DNA of 50,969 bases from NCBI GenBank assembly GCA_044343985.1, contig JBIJDR010000001.1, positions 1 to 50,969 on the forward strand. Direction: 5' to 3'. Of this stretch, positions 41,033 to 47,651 are shown one piece after another. Made by a program: the position numbers and the translations under genes. This DNA comes from Candidatus Limnocylindrus sp. Lineage in GTDB: Bacteria > Chloroflexota > Limnocylindria > Limnocylindrales > Limnocylindraceae. A model generated the notes under the pieces. That model did no database searches and was not told the origin of the DNA. It saw nothing but the letters and a program-made list of their open reading frames with translations. Every line of letters begins with the position of its first letter. Positions within the stretch are counted from its first letter, which is position 1.

Positions 41033-42058
41033 ATGGGACTTCGCACGTACGCCTCCGTCCTCCTTCGGCAGTCCGCCCCAGAAGGTGTTGATTGGCGCAC
41101 CATGCCAGTACTCGCTCGTGCACTTCTGCTCACCCGCGCCTCCGTTCTCCCACTCACCATTGTTGGTGCAGGGCAGGGACTCCTCTACGCCTGGTGGCGC
41201 GGCACAATCAGCGATACCGCCACTGGCGTGAGCGGCCTCCTCCTCGGACTCGCCGCCTTCCTCGGCGCAAACCTTGCCCATGCGGCGAACAATCTTGCGA
41301 ACGACTGGCGCGACTACAAGGACGGACTCGATCGTCCTGGCTATCCACGTGCCGACTATTCGCCACATCCGATCGCCTCTGGTGCGATGTCGAGCCGGAC
41401 GCTCCTTACGGTCATCGCGATTCTTACGGGTCTCGGGGCGCTGCTCGGCGGATTCACGATGGTGATGCGCGCCGACCTGATGCTTGGACTCTTCGCAGTT
41501 GCTGGGCTCATCCTCTCGTGGGGTTACACCGATCCGCCGCTTCGCCTGAAGCGTCGTGGCCTTGGTGAGCTCTCCGTCCTCCTTGTGTGGGGTCCGCTCA
41601 TGGGCGGCGGGACGTACCTCGCCGCGACAGGAACGATTGATAGCACCGCACTCCTTGCGACACTCCCGTGGGGGATGATCGCGACCGCGGTGCTCTTTGG
41701 GAAGCATCTCGACAAGATTGAAGCCGACGGTTCGCGAGGCGTTCGCACCTTTGTTGTTCGGATTGGCGAACAGCGGGCACGCGCCGGAACGCTGGCACTC
41801 CTCAGCGGTGGCTATATCTGCGTCGCACTCTTTGGCGCACTTGGCATCTTCCCGTGGATTGTTGCGCCACTCGCCGGACTCGGCGCACTCTCAGCAAGGG
41901 CTGCGTTGAAGATCGTTGCCGCTCCGCGACCTGCTGCGCCGCCGCCAGGCTATCCGCTCTGGCCGCTCTGGCATGTTGGCGCCGCCTTCCTCGCGGGACG
42001 CCCAGCGATGGGGGCACTCTTCGTCGGCTTGATTCTCGGGACGCTGCTCGGCATCTAG
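41033..42058 (+). CDS. UbiA-family aromatic prenyltransferase (MenA-like)
   Basis: 341-aa polytopic membrane ORF with the Asp-rich motif NNLANDWRDYKDGLD and several TM helices. The second conserved region includes KHLDKIEADG. The specific substrate is not assignable from sequence. An alternative start exists at the ATG at 41102. Confidence 0.82.
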   Translation: MGLRTYASVLLRQSAPEGVDWRTMPVLARALLLTRASVLPLTIVGAGQGLLYAWWRGTISDTATGVSGLLLGLAAFLGANLAHAANNLANDWRDYKDGLDRPGYPRADYSPHPIASGAMSSRTLLTVIAILTGLGALLGGFTMVMRADLMLGLFAVAGLILSWGYTDPPLRLKRRGLGELSVLLVWGPLMGGGTYLAATGTIDSTALLATLPWGMIATAVLFGKHLDKIEADGSRGVRTFVVRIGEQRARAGTLALLSGGYICVALFGALGIFPWIVAPLAGLGALSARAALKIVAAPRPAAPPPGYPLWPLWHVGAAFLAGRPAMGALFVGLILGTLLGI

Positions 42059-42070
42059 CCGAGCGCGACG

Positions 42071-42286
42071 CTACTTCCCCTTCGCCTCAGGTCGCGCAAC
42101 GCGCGCGGGCGGGACACTCAGTGCGGTGATCTTTGCGAGTTCAACCTCAATCGCCGCAACGCGTGCCGCAGCTACGCGCCACTCTGCTGAACCCGGCGTT
42201 AAGGCTGCGCGATCGGCGCGCGCTTGGTCATGCTCACGCATCAGCGCCGCGCGATCTGGTCGTGGTGTTGCGCCCTCGTTGCTCAA
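42071..42286 (-). CDS. hypothetical small protein (71 aa, Ala/Arg-rich, predicted helical)
   Basis: ORF with a TTG start 13 nt downstream of tRNA-Leu(UAA) on the same strand, with a GGGGG run 6 nt upstream. Codon third-position bias looks similar to neighbouring genes. I recognise no family, so it may be spurious. Confidence 0.35.
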   Translation of the reverse strand: MSNEGATPRPDRAALMREHDQARADRAALTPGSAEWRVAAARVAAIEVELAKITALSVPPARVARPEAKGK

Positions 42287-42299
42287 CTGAACCCCCTTT

Positions 42300-42385
42300 T
42301 GGTGCCGAAGGTGGGAGTCGAACCCACATGACCTTTCGGTCGGCCGATTTTAAGTCGGATGCGTCTGCCGTTCCGCCACTCCGGC
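42300..42385 (-). tRNA. tRNA-Leu (anticodon TAA), class II with long variable arm, CCA encoded
   Basis: The reverse complement folds as follows, 86 nt in total. Acceptor GCCGGAG/CTTCGGC; anticodon loop CTTAAAA; variable arm CGACCGAAAGGTCAT; T arm GTGGG-TTCGACT-CCCAC; then A-CCA. Confidence 0.93.
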
Positions 42386-42412
42386 CACGCCATCGTAGCC
42401 TGAGTCGAGAGT

Positions 42413-42498
42413 TGGTACCGAAGGTGGGAGTCGAACCCACATGACCTTTCAGTCGACCGATTTTGAGTCGGTTGCGTCTGCCATTCCGCCACTTCGGC
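42413..42498 (-). tRNA. tRNA-Leu (anticodon CAA), class II with long variable arm, CCA encoded
   Basis: The reverse complement folds as follows, 86 nt in total. Acceptor GCCGAAG/CTTCGGT; anticodon stem ACCGA/TCGGT with loop CTCAAAA; variable arm CGACTGAAAGGTCAT; T arm identical to the neighbouring tRNA-Leu; then A-CCA. Confidence 0.93.
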
Positions 42499-42506
42499 GC
42501 CCCCTG

Positions 42507-42512
42507 ATCCTA
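42507..42512 (-). promoter_or_regulatory. candidate -10 box (TAGGAT on the minus strand) for the tRNA-Leu pair
   Basis: The minus strand reads TAGGAT-CAGGGGGC followed by the tRNA-Leu(CAA) 5' end. The 8-nt gap implies a 1-2 nt leader. The hexamer lies in the 36-nt gap shared with the divergent ECF sigma gene. Confidence 0.45.
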
Positions 42513-42534
42513 GCGGTGCGGCATAGTTAGGGGG

Positions 42535-43188
42535 ATGGATGAGGGGTTGACGAAGGGAGCAGGCGAATCTCAGGAGCGGTTGCGCCTCCTTGCGGCGGCA
42601 CGTCGCGGCGACAGTGGAGCCTTCCGTACCCTCTTCACCCCAGACCTAGACCTTGCCTGGAGGATGGCCCTCCGCATCACTGGCGAACCGGCGGGGGCGG
42701 ATGACGCGCTCCAGGAGGGGCTCATCTCTGCATACCGCGCACTCGACCGTGTTGAGCCGCGTAACCTGCGTGGCTGGTTCGTTCGGATCGTCCAGAACGC
42801 CGCCCGAGATGCCCTGCGCCGTGAGCGGCGGCGTCCAACCCTCCCGATTCGTAGCGGTGAAGGATCCGACGGCTCGGATGCACGCGGCGCTGTGGCCGAG
42901 CCCCAGGCTGGTGCGGCGAGCGATCCGGTCCTGGCGGCGGAGCGAGGGGAGCTGGCGAGGGAACTCGCCGCAGCACTTGAGCAGATCCCTGAGGAGCGGC
43001 GCACCGCAATCCTCCTCTACGACGTGGATGGCTACGACTACGCCGAGATCGCCGAGATCACGGGCTGCTCGGTGGGGACGGTGAAGAGCCGCATCAGCCG
43101 CGGGAGGGAGGAGCTTCGGCGCCTCCTCGCCGGCCTCCGTCTGGGAACCAACCCTGGGGACCAGGCGTTGAAGGGGCGAGATGATTAA
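42535..43188 (+). CDS. ECF-type (group 4) RNA polymerase sigma-70 family factor
   Basis: 217-aa ORF with region 2 (AFRTLF...DDALQEGLISAYRAL..........WFVRIVQNAARDALRRERRR). Region 4 has an HTH (IPEERRTAILLYDVDGYDYAEIAEITGCSVGTVKSRISRGREEL). Confidence 0.9.
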   Translation: MDEGLTKGAGESQERLRLLAAARRGDSGAFRTLFTPDLDLAWRMALRITGEPAGADDALQEGLISAYRALDRVEPRNLRGWFVRIVQNAARDALRRERRRPTLPIRSGEGSDGSDARGAVAEPQAGAASDPVLAAERGELARELAAALEQIPEERRTAILLYDVDGYDYAEIAEITGCSVGTVKSRISRGREELRRLLAGLRLGTNPGDQALKGRDD

Positions 43189-43696
43189 CGACCGCCGTCC
43201 CCCTGCAGCAGCGCACGCCGATGCGTATCGGGCGAGTGAACCGACCCGACAGCGGGATCCGTTCGCCGCCCCCACGCTGCAGGTTGCGCTTGCCAGCGAG
43301 ACGGAGCGGCGGGCGAGGCGTCAGGAGTCTGGTCGCCTTGGGCAGTTTGTTCGCCTCTTCATCAACGCGCCGCGCGCAGGACTAGCGAGTGCTGCACTCT
43401 CTCTCGCCATCTTGCTCGTCGCCCTCCCAACTGGTGGCGGGCTCCGTTTGGGCGACGGTGGGGAGTCGGCACTCCAGGCGCCGCTGAGCGTTGCGTCAAC
43501 ACCAGCAGCGGGAGCAGCATCGCCGGAGGGATCCACAGTGGCGCCGAGCGCAGATGAGAAGGTGGCTGACTCCCTTGAGGCGACAGAACCCTATAGCGAA
43601 GACGGGGAACTCCCGTGGCTCACGATCGTTGGCGGCGCAGGCCTTCTCTTTAGCCTCCTACTGATTGAGGGCACCCGCCGCCGTCGCCGCGCCTAA
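43181..43696 (+). CDS. membrane protein co-transcribed with the ECF sigma (putative anti-sigma partner by position only)
   Basis: 171-aa ORF overlapping the sigma gene by 8 nt. It has a basic N-terminal region, a TM segment (LASAALSLAILLVALP) and an Ala/Ser/Pro-rich extracytoplasmic segment. A second hydrophobic segment is followed by RRRRRA at the extreme C-terminus. There are no Cys or His residues for a zinc anti-sigma (HxxxCxxC) motif. Confidence 0.55.
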   Translation: MINDRRPPAAAHADAYRASEPTRQRDPFAAPTLQVALASETERRARRQESGRLGQFVRLFINAPRAGLASAALSLAILLVALPTGGGLRLGDGGESALQAPLSVASTPAAGAASPEGSTVAPSADEKVADSLEATEPYSEDGELPWLTIVGGAGLLFSLLLIEGTRRRRRA

Positions 43697-43753
43697 CCCA
43701 CCGCGCGCCGCGCCGCGCGCCAGCGCGCCCCCTGCACGACGCTCCTCCTGCGC

Positions 43754-43759
43754 TACGCT
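43754..43759 (+). promoter_or_regulatory. candidate -10 box (TACGCT) exactly 6 nt upstream of the polA GTG
   Basis: The arrangement is TACGCT-CCGATC-GTG. The GTG at 43766 opens directly onto the conserved 5'-nuclease N-terminus (KRLLLVDAYGLIYRAFHA). No Shine-Dalgarno. Confidence 0.45.
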
Positions 43760-43765
43760 CCGATC

Positions 43766-46642
43766 GTGCAACCGAAACGCCTCCTCCTCGTTGATGCGTA
43801 TGGGCTGATCTATCGCGCCTTCCATGCGATTCCGCCCCTGACGAACAGTCGGGGTCAACTCACCAACGCCGCGTTCGGATTTACGAGCATCCTCCTTCGT
43901 GCGATTGCAGACGCGCACCCGGAGCGGGCGATCGTCGCCTTTGATGCGCCAGGTGCCACGCACCGACACGAACGATTCCCTGCATATAAGGCGCAGCGAC
44001 CCTCAATGCCAGATGAGCTGCGCTCGCAGGTTCCACTCGTGCGCGACCTGGTCGCAGCCCTCGGCCTTCCGCTGCTTGAGGCGCCAGGCTATGAGGCGGA
44101 CGATGTCATCGGAACGATTGCTGAGCAGGCGCGACGTGAGGGCTGGGAGGTGCTCATCGTCTCTGGCGACCTCGACATGCTGCAGCTCGTTGGTCCGAAC
44201 GTCTCGCTCTTCCATACGGCGAAGGGTGGCGCTGATGCGATGGTCACCTATGACCCAGCGAAGATCTTTGAGCGGTACGGCCTCACCCCTGAACAGATCG
44301 TTGATTTCAAGTCACTGAAGGGGGATAGCTCAGACAATATTCCTGGCGTTCCAGGTGTCGGAGAGAAGACGGCGGCGAAACTGATCGCAGCGTTCGGGTC
44401 ACTCACGGCACTCTATGAGCGACTTGATGAGGTTGAGCCGCTGCGGATTCGCGAACTGCTGCGCGCCAATCGCGACGCCGCCTTTGCCGGTCAGGGGCTG
44501 ATGACGATTGATCGCGACGCTCCGCTGCAACTTCCAGACGATGGTGGCGTGATCGGCCGCTACGATCGCGACCTTGCCCTCGCCCTCTTGCGCGAACTTG
44601 AATTCCGCGCACTGATCGGCCGCCTTCCGCCACTCGAAGGAGAGGATCGTGAAGCGGCGGCGCAAGCCATCGCGACGGCAACTGCGGGTGCGGCGCTCCG
44701 CGGTACAAAAGAGCGCGTGGCGCCAGCGACTGTTGCGCCACGAGCGACGGGCGGTGACGAGTTGCAGCTCGGCTTCAACTTCAACTCGGTCAGCGAGGGG
44801 AATAGCGCGGCGGGCCGTGCGGCGCCGACCGCAGCAGTAGCCCCTTCATCAACTGGCGAGGCCGAGGTTGCACTCAGCACGCAGATTGAGGCACTGAAGC
44901 GTGGAGATCTCGCCGCCGCAGGGGCACTGCACCTCAACAGCGTGAGCGAGGCAGAGCAACGCTTCAGCACCCTCGCGAGTAGTGGCGTCCTCGCGCTCGG
45001 GGGGCACGGCGTGGATCGGCGTGGTCCGCGCGGGCCGATCGCACTCGCGGTCGCCGATGAACGCGGCGCACTCCTCGTTGCCGAAGATCCGAACGTTGTA
45101 CACCGGCTTCTGACACTGATTGCGGATTCTGGCCGAGAGCTGGTCGGGCTTGGCATCAAGGATCTCTTCGGCGCGCTGATCGCGATCGGTGCCGATGAGG
45201 CGCCACACCTTGTTGACGATGTGGCGCTCGGTACCTGGATCGGCAACGTGACGCTGCGGAACCCTGGACTCGTTGAGGTTGCCGCATCTCGGCTGGGCGC
45301 GGACCTCCCGGAGGGGCTCACGCCAGTACAGGCGGCAACGCTCAGTGCGCTGGTGGCACTCGCTTCGCGTGCTGGAATCAGTGGCGAGCTGCGTACGGCG
45401 GGAACTGAGCGGCTCTATCGAGAGATCGAGCTCCCTCTTGTTGAAGTCCTCGCACGAATGGAGGCGGCGGGAATCGCCGTAGATAGCGCGGCGCTTGCAC
45501 AGCTTGGCGACGCCTTCCGGCTTGAGATTGCGCGCCTTGAGACGGCGGCGGAGAAGTCGGTCGGTCGCGCGGTTGCACTCGGCTCACCGAAGCAGCTCGG
45601 CGAACTCCTCTTCGGCGAGCTCGGCCTCTCGCGCGGGAAGAAGACGAAGACAGGCGCGTGGTCAACCGATGCGAGCGTCTTGGAGGAGATCCAAGGGGAG
45701 CATCCACTTGTTGGCATCGCGCTTGAGTGGCGCACCGTCTCAAAGTTGCAGAGCACCTACGTTGAGGCGCTCCCGAAGCTGGTTGAGGCGGATGGCCGCA
45801 TCCACACCACATTCCAACAGGCGATCGCTGCAACGGGACGCCTCAGTAGCGTTGAGCCGAACCTTCAGAACATCCCGATCCGCTCAGAACTGGGTCGAAA
45901 GATTCGGCACGCCTTCATCGCGGAGAAGGGGAACAGGCTCGTTGCCGCCGACTACAGCCAGATTGAGCTGCGCATCCTCGCGCATGTGACGCGCGACCCA
46001 CACCTGATTGAGGCGTTTGCAGCTGGGGAGGACATTCATCGTGCCACCGCCTCACGCGTGCTCGGCAAGCCACAAGAGGAGGTGAACGACGACGAGCGCG
46101 CGATGGCGAAGATGGTCAACTTCGGCATCGCCTACGGGATGGGTGACTTTGGGCTTGCGACCCGGGCAGGGATCTCTCGCGAAGCGGCGAAGACATTTAT
46201 CGCGGGATACTTTGAGCGCTACCCAGGGATCAAGCGCTATATCGACACAATCAAGGAGGAGGCGCGCGCGAATGGCGCCGTCACCACGCAGCTCGGTCGT
46301 CGCCGTCCGATCCCAGAGCTTCGCGCCGCAAACCCGGCACTGCGTGCGGCAGGGGAGCGTGCTGCAATTAATCATCCGATTCAGGGGACGGCGGCCGACA
46401 TCATCAAGATCGCCATGATCCGTCTTACGCCGCGACTTGCCGCGGCCGGCTTGAAATCACGCCTCATCCTCCAGGTGCACGACGAACTCCTCCTCGAAGC
46501 GCCAGAGAGCGAAGTTGCACAGCTCATCCCGCTGCTGATCGAGACGATGGAGGGGGCACTCGCACTCGACGTCCCACTCACCGTGGAGGCGAAGACAGGG
46601 CTCCGGTGGGACGAGATGCAACGTTGGAGCGGGCGTGCCTGA
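43766..46642 (+). CDS. polA: DNA polymerase I (5'-3' exonuclease + vestigial 3'-5' exonuclease-like domain + family A polymerase)
   Basis: 958-aa ORF. 5'-nuclease motifs: LLLVDAYGLIYRAF, GYEADDVIGT, SGDLDMLQL, SDNIPGVPGVGEKTAAKL. Polymerase motifs: DYSQIELRILAH (motif A), RAMAKMVNFGIAYG (motif B), QVHDELLLE (motif C). Confidence 0.96.
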   Translation: MQPKRLLLVDAYGLIYRAFHAIPPLTNSRGQLTNAAFGFTSILLRAIADAHPERAIVAFDAPGATHRHERFPAYKAQRPSMPDELRSQVPLVRDLVAALGLPLLEAPGYEADDVIGTIAEQARREGWEVLIVSGDLDMLQLVGPNVSLFHTAKGGADAMVTYDPAKIFERYGLTPEQIVDFKSLKGDSSDNIPGVPGVGEKTAAKLIAAFGSLTALYERLDEVEPLRIRELLRANRDAAFAGQGLMTIDRDAPLQLPDDGGVIGRYDRDLALALLRELEFRALIGRLPPLEGEDREAAAQAIATATAGAALRGTKERVAPATVAPRATGGDELQLGFNFNSVSEGNSAAGRAAPTAAVAPSSTGEAEVALSTQIEALKRGDLAAAGALHLNSVSEAEQRFSTLASSGVLALGGHGVDRRGPRGPIALAVADERGALLVAEDPNVVHRLLTLIADSGRELVGLGIKDLFGALIAIGADEAPHLVDDVALGTWIGNVTLRNPGLVEVAASRLGADLPEGLTPVQAATLSALVALASRAGISGELRTAGTERLYREIELPLVEVLARMEAAGIAVDSAALAQLGDAFRLEIARLETAAEKSVGRAVALGSPKQLGELLFGELGLSRGKKTKTGAWSTDASVLEEIQGEHPLVGIALEWRTVSKLQSTYVEALPKLVEADGRIHTTFQQAIAATGRLSSVEPNLQNIPIRSELGRKIRHAFIAEKGNRLVAADYSQIELRILAHVTRDPHLIEAFAAGEDIHRATASRVLGKPQEEVNDDERAMAKMVNFGIAYGMGDFGLATRAGISREAAKTFIAGYFERYPGIKRYIDTIKEEARANGAVTTQLGRRRPIPELRAANPALRAAGERAAINHPIQGTAADIIKIAMIRLTPRLAAAGLKSRLILQVHDELLLEAPESEVAQLIPLLIETMEGALALDVPLTVEAKTGLRWDEMQRWSGRA

Positions 46643-47651
46643 ACTCCCAGAAGTTGAGACGGTTGCGCGTGATCTTGCGAAGATGGTCGCAGGTGCGAGA
46701 GTCAACGCGGGACGAATCATTCGCGCGGCGAATCTCAGCACGCCAGACCCAACCACCTTCTCGCGTGCGATCGCTGGTCGACGCATTGAAGGGGTGCGGC
46801 GGAGGGCGAAGTGGATCCTGGTCGATCTGGAAGGGGGACTCATCCTGATGGTGCACCTTCGCATGACCGGTCAGCTCTTGGTGCTTCCTAGTGCTGCAGC
46901 AGTCGATCCGTATATTCGGGCGATCTTGACGCTCGCTGATGGGCGTGAGCTCCGCTTTCGTGACGTCCGCGCCTTCGGCCGACTCGCCCTTGTGGCACGT
47001 CGAGATGATGGTGCCCCCGCCGTTTCGCTCGATCCCGCCGACGACGCAGCGCTAAGTGACCACGGACCTGAGCCACTGGAGGCGACCTTCACCGTCGCCG
47101 CCTTCCAGGCGATGCTTGCGCCGCGACGCGGACGGCTAAAGAGCCTCCTCCTTGATCAGCGCTTCCTTGCCGGTCTCGGCAATATCTATGTTGATGAGGC
47201 GCTCTGGCGTGCGCGGCTTCATCCGCTCGCCGTTGCGGCAGCGCTGCGCCCAGCAGAGGTTGCGCTGCTTCATGCCGCAATCGTGGGTGTGCTGAGTGAG
47301 GCCGTAGCGGCACGCGGCTCATCCATTGATGACTACACGGGACCAGATGGGGACGGGAGCATGCAAGAGCGACTCGCCGTCTATCAGCGTGGTGGCGAAC
47401 CGTGCGTGCGCTGTGGGCGGCCGATTCGTCGTGCGACGCTTGGCGGTCGCGGGACGCACTACTGCCCACACTGCCAACCGCTCCCTCGCGGTCGGCGGGC
47501 GGCCGGTTCCGCCGCAACGATGCGCGGGGGCGCACTCGAACGGAGGGGACCGCGCTGGAGTGAGGGGCTGCAGGCGGCAACGGTTGGTGCAACATCGGCC
47601 GAACGCGCCGCAGCCCGTCGACGCGCGGTACGGAGTGGTACGAGCGTATGA
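46635..47651 (+). CDS. mutM: formamidopyrimidine-DNA glycosylase (Fpg/MutM) with a ~57-aa basic C-terminal extension
   Basis: 338-aa ORF with a GTG start 5 nt after GGAG, overlapping polA by 8 nt. It has the canonical catalytic N-terminus MPELPEVE, an H2TH region (LLLDQRFLAGLGNIYVDEALW) and a C-terminal zinc finger (CVRCGRPIRRATLGGRGTHYCPHCQ). Confidence 0.92.
   Translation: MPELPEVETVARDLAKMVAGARVNAGRIIRAANLSTPDPTTFSRAIAGRRIEGVRRRAKWILVDLEGGLILMVHLRMTGQLLVLPSAAAVDPYIRAILTLADGRELRFRDVRAFGRLALVARRDDGAPAVSLDPADDAALSDHGPEPLEATFTVAAFQAMLAPRRGRLKSLLLDQRFLAGLGNIYVDEALWRARLHPLAVAAALRPAEVALLHAAIVGVLSEAVAARGSSIDDYTGPDGDGSMQERLAVYQRGGEPCVRCGRPIRRATLGGRGTHYCPHCQPLPRGRRAAGSAATMRGGALERRGPRWSEGLQAATVGATSAERAAARRRAVRSGTSV

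Noticed and set aside
42300-42385. Group I intron in tRNA-Leu(UAA), as found in cyanobacteria and plastids.
   Set aside because: The gene is a continuous 86-nt class II tRNA with an intact anticodon loop (CTTAAAA). There is no insertion.
43697-43765. GC-rich repeat-like run (GCGCGCCGCGCCGCGCGCC...) after the anti-sigma-like ORF, considered as a possible terminator.
   Set aside because: It gives only a 6-bp stem with a 6-nt loop, is not followed by a T-tract, and is indistinguishable from background GC-rich sequence. I did not call it as a feature.
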